A stretch of DNA of 64,000 nt from Acidobacteriota bacterium (GCA_017883185.1 JADGOB010000005.1:1644-65643), one strand, 5' to 3'. Positions 25,510-35,316 are shown, counted from the first letter of the stretch. Numbers and translations: made by a program. Notes: generated by a model not told the origin, from the sequence alone.

Positions 25510-26976
25510 ATGCCACCGATGGCCGAACGCGCCTGGTATCGAAGCCTCTACTGGCGAATCGCGATCGGCTTCGTCGTCTTTCTCGGGGGCACGCTCGTCA
25601 TCCAGGCCAGCCTGTTCCTCTGGATCGTCGTCCGCGGCGAACGCGACGTTCCTGCCCGGTCGCTCGACGGCTTCGCGTCGCTCGTCGCCGCCGACGTCGC
25701 CGCCGAACTCGACAGCAACGGCATCGCCAACATCGAGCAGCACCTCGCTGAGCGGTACGGAAGCCTGCCGCGCCCCATCTGGGTGGTGATGAACGACGGC
25801 TCGGTAATCTCCGGGCGCTGGGGACCGCCACCTCTCGGCCTGGTGCGCCGCCTGCGCCTGCGGTCGCAAATGGGCGGCACGCTGCTCCCGCAAGGGGCCG
25901 ATGGCACCGGTGTCCTGCGGCTGCGGCGGATCGCGGCCGCCTCGATCGTCGTTCGGGGCCGGCCCGTCGGCGTGGTGGTGGTCCAGGCTGGACGCCCATC
26001 CGAGCTGGTGGCGCGCGAGTTCGGGCCAATGCTGCTCCTCATCGCGCTGGGGCTCGTCATCGGGGTCGGGGCGCTGGCCTCTCTCCTCATCTTCCGCCCG
26101 GCCAGTCGTCGCCTCCAGGAACTTTCCGACACCGCCCGGCGGCTCGGCGCCGGCGACACCGCCGCCCGCGCGCCCGACACGGGCGGAGATGAGATTGCCG
26201 GCGTGGCCAGGGCCTTCAACCAGATGGCCGGAGACCTCGTGCAGCGCGCCGAGGCGCTGCAGACCTCGTACCGGGTGCGCCGACAACTGCTCGCTGACGT
26301 GTCGCACGAGCTGATGACGCCGCTCACCGCGATTCTCGGATACATCGAGACGCTCGACATGCCGTCGGTCGCCCTCGACGAGAGATCGCGCAGCCGCTAT
26401 CTCGGGATCGTGCGCGAGGAATCGCTGCGCCTCGAGCGCCTGATTGGCGACCTGCTCGACCTCGCCCGCCTCGAAGCGGGCGGAGGCGCGTTCACGATAG
26501 AGGATGTGTCGGTCGGGCTGATCTTCGCGCGCGTGCTGGCGCGCCACGAGCACGCGGCGCGCGAGAGCGGCGTCCATCTCGACGCGCGCGGCGACCAGGC
26601 CATCCTCGTGCGCGGGGACCGACTGCGCCTCGAGCAGGCGCTGCAGAACCTCGCGGCCAACGCCTTGCGGCACACGCCGGGGGGCGGCCAGGTGATCCTC
26701 GACGTGGCGCGGCGCGACGACGCGGTCGTGCTCTCCGTGAAGGATAGCGGCGCCGGCATTCGCCCCGAACACCTTCCCTACGTCTTCGACCGTTTCTACA
26801 AGGCCGACGAGTCGCGCACGGAAGAGCCAGGCGCAGGCAGCGGCCTCGGCCTCTCGATCGTCAAGGCGATCGTCGAGCGCCACGGCGGCCGTATCAGCGT
26901 CCGCAGTTCGCCCGCCGTCGAGACGGTGTTCGAGATCGTCCTGCCCAACGAAGACGCCGGCCTTGCCGGCGACTGA
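25510..26976 (+). CDS. sensor histidine kinase (2 TM, HAMP, HisKA, HATPase_c)
   Basis: HAMP segment DEIAGVARAFNQMAGDL, H-box VSHELMTPLT, N box NLAANALRHTP, and G boxes DSGAGI and GSGLGLSIV. Confidence 0.9.
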   Translation: MPPMAERAWYRSLYWRIAIGFVVFLGGTLVIQASLFLWIVVRGERDVPARSLDGFASLVAADVAAELDSNGIANIEQHLAERYGSLPRPIWVVMNDGSVISGRWGPPPLGLVRRLRLRSQMGGTLLPQGADGTGVLRLRRIAAASIVVRGRPVGVVVVQAGRPSELVAREFGPMLLLIALGLVIGVGALASLLIFRPASRRLQELSDTARRLGAGDTAARAPDTGGDEIAGVARAFNQMAGDLVQRAEALQTSYRVRRQLLADVSHELMTPLTAILGYIETLDMPSVALDERSRSRYLGIVREESLRLERLIGDLLDLARLEAGGGAFTIEDVSVGLIFARVLARHEHAARESGVHLDARGDQAILVRGDRLRLEQALQNLAANALRHTPGGGQVILDVARRDDAVVLSVKDSGAGIRPEHLPYVFDRFYKADESRTEEPGAGSGLGLSIVKAIVERHGGRISVRSSPAVETVFEIVLPNEDAGLAGD

Positions 26977-26990
26977 GAGGTGATTGCGGC

Positions 26991-27581
26991 CTACTGCCTG
27001 CCGGCTGTTGGCGGTCCGCCGTCGGCTGTCCCCTTCTCCAGCTTTTCCATCATCGCCCGCATCTCCGCGTCGGTCCTCAACTCGTTCCGCACCGAGAACG
27101 CGCCGAAGGCGCTCGCCAGCGAGCGCGCCAGCATTCGTTCGACGTTGTTGTTGACAACGCCAGTCAGCGTGACGCGGCCGTGTTCCACCAGAATGTGGAT
27201 GGGAGGGTTCGCCATGGCCGCGTAGGGCCAGAAGGCCGGGTTTCCATAGATCGACCGCGCAATGCCGTACCGCAGTTCGTCGTCGAAGAACGACACGGGC
27301 AACACTTCAATCTCGTTTCGCACCTGCTTGACGCCCACGACCCTCGACACTCGCCGCTCGATCTCCTTCACCTTGTACGGCATCGTCACCTTGCCCTTGA
27401 GCGTGACCACCCCCTGGTCCACGCTCCCGGTCACGTCGTCGAAGACGGTGAACCGGGGATAGGTGACGACTTCCTGTGCGATGTCGTTGAATACCTGGAG
27501 GTTCTTCCGCTCACCCTGCGCCATCACCGCGCCAGGCAGCACGAGCACTGTCACGGCACAAACCGCGAGTTCTCCGAACAT
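26991..27581 (-). CDS. periplasmic protein with two BON domains
   Basis: Signal peptide MFGELAVCAVTVLVLPGAVMAQG. The two BON-like units are VTLKGKV...VKQVRNEIEV and VTLTGVV...FSVRNELR. Confidence 0.8.
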   Translation of the reverse strand: MFGELAVCAVTVLVLPGAVMAQGERKNLQVFNDIAQEVVTYPRFTVFDDVTGSVDQGVVTLKGKVTMPYKVKEIERRVSRVVGVKQVRNEIEVLPVSFFDDELRYGIARSIYGNPAFWPYAAMANPPIHILVEHGRVTLTGVVNNNVERMLARSLASAFGAFSVRNELRTDAEMRAMMEKLEKGTADGGPPTAGRQ

Positions 27582-27693
27582 GGGATGCCCCTCTCTCTCA
27601 CTGACTGATGGCCGGTTTCAGATTCCCATGCCGGCGCTGGCAGTCGATCAGCGAGAAGGCAAAGCACATGCCAGAGGCATGCGCCCAAAAGCA

Positions 27694-27720
27694 CGCGGAG
27701 ATCGCGGAAAACTCGGAAAG
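27694..27720. repeat. three tandem nonamers CGCGGAGAT CGCGGAAAA CTCGGAAAG
   Basis: Read directly from the sequence. Lies in the ZIP/BON intergenic gap, next to the hairpin at 27725-27750. Confidence 0.6.
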
Positions 27721-27724
27721 TCGT

Positions 27725-27750
27725 TCCTTTCAACTGTGCTCCTGAAAGGA
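27725..27750 (-). terminator. possible terminator hairpin after the ZIP transporter gene
   Basis: TCCTTTCA / TGAAAGGA forms an 8-bp stem with a 10-nt loop. On the minus strand it is followed by ACGACTTTCCGAGTTTTCC. The stem is AT-rich, so this is only moderate evidence. Confidence 0.4.
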
Positions 27751-27799
27751 CAGCCCGGACACGATCCGAATGGAAATGAAGAAGTGTCAGCCGCCGTGG

Positions 27800-28537
27800 C
27801 TACTCACGCAACCAGAAGGCCGTCGCCATGCCCCCAACCAGCAGCAGGAGTTGCTTGAAGGCGCCCCCGTCCACCTTGCCCTTGTGAAGATCGGGCATGA
27901 GGTCGGCCATGGCGATGTAGAGGAAGCTCGCGGCGGCGAATGTCAGCGCGTAGGGCAGGAACCCCGGCATGCGGTCGAACGCCAGGAACGCGGCGACGGT
28001 TCCCGCGACGGCGCCCGCGGCCGACAGGACGCTCAGCCCGAGCGCGGGAGCCCGCCGGTAGCCGGCGTTGAGCAGAATGGCGAAGTCGCCCACCTGCTGA
28101 GGCACCTCGTGGAGCGCGACCGCGATCGCGGTGCTGACACCAAGAGGCATAGATGTCTGGACCGCCGCCCCGATGGCGACGCCGTCCACAAAACTGTGGA
28201 ACCCGTGGCCGATCAGCACCAGCGCGCCAGGACGGCTGTGCGCTTCGCAATCCTCGCTGTGGCAATGGCGCCAGAGTACGAGCTTCTCCAGGATGAAGAA
28301 GCTCATGATGCCGGCGAGCAGCACCATCCCTGTGCTGGTCGGGCTGAGATCCTCCAGCACTTCCGGCAGGATCGAGAGCAGCGCCACGCCAAGCAGGGTG
28401 CCCACGGCGTAACTGACGAGATGCGGCACCAGCGCCATCCGGGTCTTGGGTTTGACGGCCAGAAGGCCGGACGCGAGGAACAGGCTGCCGAAACTGCCGA
28501 GCACGCTCAGGGCGAGAGCCGATGCGAATAGATGCAC
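27800..28537 (-). CDS. ZIP family divalent metal transporter (ZupT-like)
   Basis: Has the HEVPQQVGDFAILL ZIP signature, multiple TMs, and a His-rich loop WRHCHSEDCEAH. I placed the start at the in-frame GTG (VHLFASALAL); the 74 upstream codons of ORF 27800..28759 look non-coding. Confidence 0.75.
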   Translation of the reverse strand: MHLFASALALSVLGSFGSLFLASGLLAVKPKTRMALVPHLVSYAVGTLLGVALLSILPEVLEDLSPTSTGMVLLAGIMSFFILEKLVLWRHCHSEDCEAHSRPGALVLIGHGFHSFVDGVAIGAAVQTSMPLGVSTAIAVALHEVPQQVGDFAILLNAGYRRAPALGLSVLSAAGAVAGTVAAFLAFDRMPGFLPYALTFAAASFLYIAMADLMPDLHKGKVDGGAFKQLLLLVGGMATAFWLRE

Positions 28538-28782
28538 CCGGGCATCATAAGTCAGCCACTGGTCGCCAGTCGACCTCTCCTCACGGACGCCCAGACCCCG
28601 AAGCGCGATGGACCGCCGAACCGTATGCTGTACGGGCCTGGTCCTGGCCACGGAGATTGGCAAGCGCGGTAGGATAAGAATTCCGGTGCCGCTCTTGACC
28701 AAAGAGGAGAGCGTCGCAGAGATTCTCGAGGAAGAGAAGCTATGGACGCCCCCGGGCATCGGCGGCGAGTAGAGGAGTAGAC

Positions 28783-29892
28783 ATGAACCGCGTTCGTCTC
28801 GTGATGGTGGCCGCCCTCGCCGGCGGCATGGCCCTGGTGCTGTCGGTTCAGCCGGCAGCCGCGCAGTGGCAGATAGACAGCAAGGACGGGAAGAGCAACA
28901 TCAAGATCGGGTTCCTCGCGCAGCCGCAGTTCGAGCTGCTCGAGACGCCCGACACCACCGGCCAGTCGAAGAATGTGTCTCTCCGCCGGATCCGCGTCAT
29001 GTTCGGTGGGAAGATTTCGGATAAGTGGACGTTTTTCTTCGAGACCGACAGCCCGAACATCGGGAAGGCCTCGCCTGAGAAGACGGGCAACCCGACCGGG
29101 GCGAAGGAAGCAGGGAACATCTACATCCAGGACGCGTACTTCACCTACAACGAGGGAGACGGGTTCAAGGTGGACGCCGGGATGATCCTCATCCCGCTCG
29201 GCCACAATCACAACCAGTCGGCGGCGACGCTGCTGCCGGTCGATTACAGCCCCTACTCGTGCACCGAGGGGGCATCGCTCGGTTCGAGGATGGGGCGCGA
29301 CTATGGTGTGCAGGTGCGCGGCTATCCGCTGAAACAGCACCTCGAGTACCGACTCGGCGTGTTCCAGGGCGCGCGCGGTGCCGAGGCGCGCAACGGGATG
29401 AGGGTGGCCGGGCGCGCGGTGTGGTATCCGTTCGCCGCAGACACCGGGTTTTTCTACAGCGGCACGTTCCAGGGCAGCAAGCGCGTGGTCGGCGTTGGCG
29501 CCGGGTTCGACACCCAGAAGGAGTACCACTCCTATGCTGCCGACGTGTTCATCGAGCAGCCCGTCAACGAGGGGGAGCAGGGACTCACCGCGCAGTTCAA
29601 CTGGATGAGGTTCGATGGCGGGACGTTCCTCCCGGCGCTGGCCAGAAACGACGCCATCCTGGTGGAGGCCGCGTTCCACGTCAAGAAGGGGAAGGTGTCG
29701 CCGCTGGTGCAGTACTCGCGGAAGACGTTCGACAACGCGCTGACCCCGGAGCAGAGCATGTGGCAGGCGGGCGTCGCCTACTGGATGGCCGGCCACCAGC
29801 GGAACATCAAGGTGACGGTTGGCCGCCAGCACATCGACCGGCAGCCGGACCGCACGCAGCTACTGGTGCAGATGCAGATATTCCACTTCTGA
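28783..29892 (+). CDS. outer-membrane beta-barrel porin (porin O/P-like)
   Basis: Signal peptide ending in AAAQ, alternating beta-strand pattern, and a C-terminal QIFHF ending in aromatic Phe. Confidence 0.6.
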   Translation: MNRVRLVMVAALAGGMALVLSVQPAAAQWQIDSKDGKSNIKIGFLAQPQFELLETPDTTGQSKNVSLRRIRVMFGGKISDKWTFFFETDSPNIGKASPEKTGNPTGAKEAGNIYIQDAYFTYNEGDGFKVDAGMILIPLGHNHNQSAATLLPVDYSPYSCTEGASLGSRMGRDYGVQVRGYPLKQHLEYRLGVFQGARGAEARNGMRVAGRAVWYPFAADTGFFYSGTFQGSKRVVGVGAGFDTQKEYHSYAADVFIEQPVNEGEQGLTAQFNWMRFDGGTFLPALARNDAILVEAAFHVKKGKVSPLVQYSRKTFDNALTPEQSMWQAGVAYWMAGHQRNIKVTVGRQHIDRQPDRTQLLVQMQIFHF

Positions 29893-29916
29893 TCGGGTCG
29901 TCCTGGCGGCGGACCA

Positions 29917-30510
29917 CTAAGGCTCGAGCCCTTGTGTCTTGAGCCCCTCGGTGAACCGTTGTCCTTCCCGGTCCGCCAGGATCCGGACGGGATGGAACCC
30001 GGCTGCCTCGAGCAGTTTCGCCGACCCTCCCTCCGCCCGGAAGGCATCCAGGCCCGCGGGCCGGGTGCGAACCAGGCCGAAGAACTTCGGGGCCTGGCCC
30101 TCCACGATCACGACCCGCCCGCCAACCCGGAGGGCGCGGTGCACCGACCTGAGGAGGTTGGCGCGCCCGGTCGCGTCGAGGCCCGACAGGAGGGTGGGCC
30201 CGGCATCCAGGACGGCAACGTCGAACTCGCCATCCCCTACTGGGAGGGTGGGGAGCGCACCACGCTCCACGTCCATCAGCACGCCGCCGCTGGCCGCCGC
30301 CGCCTCAACCCGGGCAGCGGCCGCCTCCGAGCCCACGACGGCGCAGCTCCGGCCTGTCAGGCCTGCCTCGGCCGCCAGTTGCGCGAACAGCTCGACGTCA
30401 TCGCCAACGAGCAGTTGTCGTTCGCCCATCCGAACGGCGGTCATCGCGACGGCCAGCGCGTGAGGTCCCGAGCGGTCGCGGTCGAAGAGGAAGTCGCGGA
30501 AGCTGGACAT
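29917..30510 (-). CDS. class I SAM-methyltransferase-like protein (degenerate motif I)
   Basis: Real part of ORF 29917..30654, from MSSFRDF. The segment FDVAVLDAGPTLL...LRSVHRALRVGGRVVIVEG resembles the Methyltransf_11 post-I/II region. Confidence 0.5.
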   Translation of the reverse strand: MSSFRDFLFDRDRSGPHALAVAMTAVRMGERQLLVGDDVELFAQLAAEAGLTGRSCAVVGSEAAAARVEAAAASGGVLMDVERGALPTLPVGDGEFDVAVLDAGPTLLSGLDATGRANLLRSVHRALRVGGRVVIVEGQAPKFFGLVRTRPAGLDAFRAEGGSAKLLEAAGFHPVRILADREGQRFTEGLKTQGLEP

Positions 30511-30580
30511 AAGCCCCTGTTGGATGATTGGACACCGGAGCGGCTCTGACGGCCGCGCGCCCTTCGAGAGGAAACCAGCG

Positions 30581-30648
30581 AGACAGATTCCAGGGGGGCT
30601 TACAGAAACGTGCTTCAAAGATGACGATCTCAGCCCTGGAAGATGTCT
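30581..30648 (+). promoter_or_regulatory. 68-nt inverted-repeat-bounded conserved element, copy A
   Basis: 57 of 69 hand-aligned columns are identical to 41781-41848. The ends AGACAGATTCCAGGG / CCCTGGAAGATGTCT pair at 13 of 15 positions. It ends 30 nt before the GTG start at 30679. Confidence 0.6.
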
Positions 30649-30678
30649 AGACAACCGCTCATGATATAGTTCTTACCC

Positions 30679-31992
30679 GTGAAACAACCAGCCGAAATCG
30701 CCCCGTCTCAGGGAAAACTCGGAATCCTGCTCGTCGGCCTCGGGGCCGTCAGCACGACGTTCATTGCAGGCGTCATGGCGGTTCGCAAGGGGATCGCGCG
30801 CCCAATCGGCTCGCTGACGCAGATGGGCACGATCCGTCTGGGCAAGCGCACCGACGGGCGCACGCCCCTCATCAAGGATCTCATGCCGCTGGCCTCGCTC
30901 GACGACATCGTGTTCGGCGGGTGGGACATCTTCGACGACAACTGCTACGAGGCCGCGACGACCGCGGGCGTCCTCGAGCCGTCGCTGCTCACGCAGATCA
31001 AGCCGGAGCTCGAGGCCATCAAGCCAATGTCGGCGGTGTTCGACCGCCACTACGTCAAGCGCCTGGACGGACCGAACGTCAAGACGGGCGCCAATAAGAT
31101 GGAATTGGCCGAGCAGGTGCGCGCCGATATCCGCCGGTTCAAGCAGGAGAACATGCTGGATCGCCTCGTCATGATCTGGTGCGGCAGCACCGAGATCTTC
31201 ATGGTCGAGAACGAGGCGCACCAGTCGATCGAGGCGTTCGAGAAGGCGCTGCAGCGCAGCGACGTGAGCATCCCGTCGAGCATGGTCTATGCCTACGCCG
31301 CGCTGAAGGAAGGCATCCCGTACGCCAACGGCGCGCCGAACCTCACCGTGGATATCCCGGCCCTGATGGAGTTGGCTCAGCAGAACGGATCGCCGGTTAC
31401 CGGCAAGGACTTCAAGACCGGCCAGACCCTGATCAAGACGGTCATCGCGCCCGGTCTGAAGGCGCGCCTGATCGGCATCAAGGGCTGGTACTCGACCAAC
31501 ATCCTGGGCAACCGCGACGGCGAGGTGCTCGACGATCCCGAGTCGTTCAAGACGAAGGAAGAGAGCAAGAAGTCGGTTCTCGACTACATCCTGCAGCCTG
31601 ACCTGTACCCCGAACTCTACAAGGACCTTTGTCACATCGTGCGGATCAACTACTACCCGCCGCGGGGTGACAACAAGGAAGGCTGGGACAATATCGACCT
31701 CGTCGGGTGGCTCGGCTACCCGATGCAGTTGAAGATCAACTTCCTTTGCCGCGACTCGATTCTCGCGGCGCCGATCGTGCTGGACGTGGTGCTGTTCCTC
31801 GACATGGCGGCGCGCGCGGGCCTGAGTGGCATCCAGGAGTGGCTGTCGTTCTACTTCAAGAGCCCGATGCACGCGCGCGGCCTCTACCCGGAGCACGACC
31901 TGTTCATTCAGATGATGAAGCTGAAGAACACGTTGCGATTCCTCAGGGGCGAGGAACTGATCACGCACCTCGGACACGAGTACTACGACTAG
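30679..31992 (+). CDS. ino1: inositol-3-phosphate synthase (MIPS)
   Basis: 437 aa. It has LGILLVGLGAVSTTFIAG (NAD-binding N-terminus), ANGAPN, TGKDFKTGQT and WYSTNILGNRDG, as in bacterial/archaeal MIPS. Confidence 0.9.
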   Translation: MKQPAEIAPSQGKLGILLVGLGAVSTTFIAGVMAVRKGIARPIGSLTQMGTIRLGKRTDGRTPLIKDLMPLASLDDIVFGGWDIFDDNCYEAATTAGVLEPSLLTQIKPELEAIKPMSAVFDRHYVKRLDGPNVKTGANKMELAEQVRADIRRFKQENMLDRLVMIWCGSTEIFMVENEAHQSIEAFEKALQRSDVSIPSSMVYAYAALKEGIPYANGAPNLTVDIPALMELAQQNGSPVTGKDFKTGQTLIKTVIAPGLKARLIGIKGWYSTNILGNRDGEVLDDPESFKTKEESKKSVLDYILQPDLYPELYKDLCHIVRINYYPPRGDNKEGWDNIDLVGWLGYPMQLKINFLCRDSILAAPIVLDVVLFLDMAARAGLSGIQEWLSFYFKSPMHARGLYPEHDLFIQMMKLKNTLRFLRGEELITHLGHEYYD

Positions 31993-32052
31993 GTTCGAGG
32001 CAGTGTCGCCGTAGGGGCGAGGCAGGCCTCGCCCCTTCCCGCTCGGTCAATC

Positions 32053-32571
32053 ATGGTGATCCCCATGACTTCCTCCAAGTTCCAGCCGGCCCTGCTCGGT
32101 GGACTCCTGATCGGGGTGCTCTCGGCCCTGCCCATCGTCAGCATGGGCAACGCCTGCTGCTGCCTGTGGGTCATCGCGGGTGGCGCCGTGGCCGCCTACC
32201 TGCTCCAGAACAGCCAGCAGGCACCGATCACCGCGGGCGACGGCGTGGCCGTTGGCTTTCTGGCCGGTCTGATCGGCGCCATCGTCTGGCAGGTGCTCGC
32301 GGTCCCCCTGACGATTCTGATGGGGCCGATCCAGGCCCGCATCACAGAACGCCTCCTGAGCGCCGGCGATCTCCCCGACAACGTCCGGTCGATCTTCGAG
32401 ACGCTCCGCCAGAACGCCGGGTTCAGCGTCATCCGCTTCATCATCGGCGGCTTCTTCACGCTGATCGTGAGCGTCTTCTTCTCTACGATCGGCGGTCTGA
32501 TCGGCGCCGCGCTGTTCCGCGCGAAGACGCCGCCGCCTGGCCCCGATTCCCAGGATATCGTCGCGTCGTGA
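32053..32571 (+). CDS. hypothetical integral membrane protein
   Basis: About four hydrophobic segments and a Cys cluster NACCCLW. I recognised no family. Confidence 0.5.
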   Translation: MVIPMTSSKFQPALLGGLLIGVLSALPIVSMGNACCCLWVIAGGAVAAYLLQNSQQAPITAGDGVAVGFLAGLIGAIVWQVLAVPLTILMGPIQARITERLLSAGDLPDNVRSIFETLRQNAGFSVIRFIIGGFFTLIVSVFFSTIGGLIGAALFRAKTPPPGPDSQDIVAS

Positions 32572-32671
32572 TTCACCGGGAGTCGTCACCCCCTCACCCC
32601 ACACTGGAGGAACATCTGGCCCCGCGGCGTCGTATCTTCCGGGTAGAATTGTCGAGAGGACGTCTGTACCG

Positions 32672-33358
32672 ATGGCACTGATTGAAACGCGCGACCTCTG
32701 GAAGTCCTACGTCATGGGCAGCGAGGAAATCCATGCCCTGAGCGGCGTCACGCTCGAGATCGAGCGCGGCGAGTATGTGGCTATCATGGGTCCGTCCGGA
32801 TCCGGCAAGTCCACGCTGATGAACCTGATCGGGTGCCTCGACACGCCGAGCAAGGGCAGCTACCTGCTGAACGGCAAGCAGGTGAGCCAGATGAACGACG
32901 ACGAGCTGGCGAGGATCCGGAACGAGGAAATCGGCTTCGTCTTTCAGACGTTCAACCTGCTGCCTCGCGCCACGGCGCTGCACAACGTCGAGTTGCCGCT
33001 CGTCTACGCGGGTGTGCCGGCGAGCGTTCGGCTGGAGCGGGCGCGTGGGGCGCTCCAGCGAGTGGAGCTGGCCGATCGCATGACGCATCGTCCCAACCAG
33101 TTGTCGGGCGGACAGCGTCAGCGCGTCGCCGTGGCCAGGGCGCTGGTCAACAACCCCTCGATCCTGCTCGCCGACGAACCGACCGGCAACCTCGACTCGA
33201 AGACCGGCATCGAGATCATGGCCCTCTTCGACCGGCTGCACCACGCCGGCAACACCATCGTCCTCGTCACCCACGAAGCGGACATTGCCGCCCACGCCCA
33301 CCGCGTGCTCCACATCCGGGACGGGAAGATCGAAGACGACGTGCGCCGCGCCGCGTGA
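32672..33358 (+). CDS. ABC transporter ATP-binding protein, MacB/LolD type
   Basis: Walker [25 protein letters not shown], Walker [12 protein letters not shown], and [10 protein letters not shown], which is typical of the MacB/FtsE/LolD class. Confidence 0.9.
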   Translation: MALIETRDLWKSYVMGSEEIHALSGVTLEIERGEYVAIMGPSGSGKSTLMNLIGCLDTPSKGSYLLNGKQVSQMNDDELARIRNEEIGFVFQTFNLLPRATALHNVELPLVYAGVPASVRLERARGALQRVELADRMTHRPNQLSGGQRQRVAVARALVNNPSILLADEPTGNLDSKTGIEIMALFDRLHHAGNTIVLVTHEADIAAHAHRVLHIRDGKIEDDVRRAA

Positions 33359-33416
33359 CACGCAGCGCGAATGCGGAGTTGAGAATGCTCAATTCCCCGT
33401 TCTCAATCCTCCATGT

Positions 33417-34295
33417 TCAGATGGCCGCCCAATGCCCTTGGTCTACCTGCCTGAGCGGCAGGCGGAGATCGACACTGCTCGCGTCCCACTCGATGCGCGT
33501 CGGCCGCGTGTCGGGATCGGGGATCGGGATGGCAGACAGCAGGGCGCGCGTGTAGGCGTGCGCCGGGCTCCGGAACAAGGCCGCCGTATGGCCCATCTCG
33601 AGGATCCGCCCGCGATACATCACCGCCACCCGATCGCAGATGTGTTCGACCAGCCGCAGGTCGTGCGCGATGAACAGGTAGGTGAGCTTCAGGCGTTCCT
33701 GCAGGTCGATCAGCAGGTTGATCACCTGGGCCTGCACCGACACATCGAGCGCGGACACCGGCTCGTCGGCCACGATGAGCGACGGGTTGAGGGCGAGCGC
33801 GCGTGCCAGCCCGATCCGCTGACGCTGGCCGCCGCTGAACTCGTGAGGATACCGGTCGAGATGCGCCGGGTCGAGACCGACCAGCCGGAACAGCTCCGCC
33901 ACCCGTTCCCGCCTCTCCGTCTTCGTCCCCAGCTTGTGGATGACCAGCGGCTCCTCGACGATGGTCCGGGCCCGCATCCTGGGATTCAGTGACGAGTAGG
34001 GGTCCTGGAAAACGATCTGCATGTCGCGCCGGGTGCGGCGGAGTTCCTCGCGCGACAGTGCCAGCACGTCCCGATCCTGGAAACGCACCTCGCCCGATGT
34101 CGGCTCGACCAGGCGGAGGATGCACCGCCCCGTCGTCGTCTTCCCGCTGCCGGACTCTCCCACCAGGCCGAATGTCTCGCCGGGCTCGATCGAAAAGCTC
34201 ACGGAATCAACCGCGCGGACGACGGACGGACGTCCCCACCAGCCGCGGCTGCGACTGAACTCCTTCACGAGATTTCGGACGGTAAGTAGCGGCAT
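33417..34295 (-). CDS. oligopeptide/dipeptide ABC transporter ATP-binding protein (OppF/DppF-like)
   Basis: Starts at MPLLTVRNL, with [24 protein letters not shown], and the C-terminal oligopeptide-type extension [12 protein letters not shown]. Confidence 0.85.
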   Translation of the reverse strand: MPLLTVRNLVKEFSRSRGWWGRPSVVRAVDSVSFSIEPGETFGLVGESGSGKTTTGRCILRLVEPTSGEVRFQDRDVLALSREELRRTRRDMQIVFQDPYSSLNPRMRARTIVEEPLVIHKLGTKTERRERVAELFRLVGLDPAHLDRYPHEFSGGQRQRIGLARALALNPSLIVADEPVSALDVSVQAQVINLLIDLQERLKLTYLFIAHDLRLVEHICDRVAVMYRGRILEMGHTAALFRSPAHAYTRALLSAIPIPDPDTRPTRIEWDASSVDLRLPLRQVDQGHWAAI

Positions 34296-34309
34296 GACGG
34301 AACGGAAAC

Positions 34310-34337
34310 GATCAACGAAGAACGGAGAACGGAGAAC
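34310..34337. repeat. tandem heptamers GATCAAC GAAGAAC GGAGAAC GGAGAAC
   Basis: Spans the last ~9 codons and the stop of the oppD-like gene (minus strand ...SPFSVLR*) and continues towards the oppF-like start. Confidence 0.6.
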
Positions 34338-35316
34338 AGGCGAAGCATCGCACCACGCGACCCGGCCCGATGTCGGCGATCGGGGGCGGCTCCAGCTGAC
34401 ATTGCGGGAGGGCGTCCGGGCAACGGGGCGCGAAGGCGCATCCTCGGGGCAACTCGGTGAGCGGGGGCACGCTGCCCTCAATCGCTTTCAGCCGCCGCCC
34501 GGTCGCCCCGCTCGGGATCGACGCCAGCAGCGCCTTCGTGTACGGGTGAGCTGGCGAACGGAACACATCACGAACAGGGCCTTGTTCAACGAGGCGCCCG
34601 GCGTACATGACGGCGATGCGGTCGGCGCTGCCGGCGATGATCCCGAGGTCGTGCGAGATGAGCAGCATCGAGAGGTCGAACGCCTCGCGCATCTCGCGGA
34701 GCAGGTCGAGGATCTGCGCCTGGATTGTCACGTCGAGGGCGGTGGTCGGCTCGTCGGCGATCACCAGTGATGGTCGGCAGGCGATCGCCATGGCGATCAG
34801 CACGCGCTGCCGCATCCCGCCGGAGAGCTGGTGCGGGTAGTCGCGAACGCGGCGATCGGGCTCGGCTACCCGCACGGCGTCGAGCAGTTCCACGGCCCGT
34901 CGTTTCGCCTCGGCCCGGGTCGCCAGGCCATGCACGAGCATCGCCTCCGCGATCTGATCGCCGACCGTGAAGACCGGGTTGAGCGCGGTCATCGGCTCCT
35001 GGAAGATCAGCGCAATCCCGGCGCCACGGACCTTCCGCATCTCGCGTTCGGGAAGCGCCAGCAGGTCGCGCCCCTGGAACAGCACGCGGCCGGAGGCGAT
35101 GCGGCCGGGAGGCTGGACCAGCCGGAGAATCGAGTAGGCGGTGAGCGACTTGCCGCTCCCTGATTCGCCCACCAGTCCCAGCGTCTCTCCCTTCCTCACC
35201 TCGAAGCTCACATCGTCCACGGCGCGCAGGGCGCGGCCCGCCACGTCGAACACGGTGGTCAGGTGCTGGACGTCGAGCAGCGGGGAAACCGATGGGTCCA
35301 TGGTCTGCGAGGACAA
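34312..35316 (-). CDS. oligopeptide/dipeptide ABC transporter ATP-binding protein (OppD/DppD-like)
   Basis: [36 protein letters not shown] and a CAFAPRC C-terminal Cys motif. The start is ATG at 35316 or at 35301. Confidence 0.85.
   Translation of the reverse strand: MSSQTMDPSVSPLLDVQHLTTVFDVAGRALRAVDDVSFEVRKGETLGLVGESGSGKSLTAYSILRLVQPPGRIASGRVLFQGRDLLALPEREMRKVRGAGIALIFQEPMTALNPVFTVGDQIAEAMLVHGLATRAEAKRRAVELLDAVRVAEPDRRVRDYPHQLSGGMRQRVLIAMAIACRPSLVIADEPTTALDVTIQAQILDLLREMREAFDLSMLLISHDLGIIAGSADRIAVMYAGRLVEQGPVRDVFRSPAHPYTKALLASIPSGATGRRLKAIEGSVPPLTELPRGCAFAPRCPDALPQCQLEPPPIADIGPGRVVRCFACSPFSVLR

Noticed and set aside
30581-30648. The 68-nt element as a sigma54 or sigma70 promoter
   Set aside because: There is no GG-N10-GC spacing. 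TTGCTT in copy B has no matching -10 at 16-18 nt and is not conserved as TTG in copy A (GTGCTT). I kept it as an element of unknown mechanism rather than a promoter.
33375-33410. Inverted repeat TTGAGAA-N14-TTCTCAA between the convergent ABC ATPase genes as a bidirectional terminator
   Set aside because: The stem is only 7 bp and AT-rich, the loop is 14 nt, and there is no flanking T/A tract. That is too weak to annotate.
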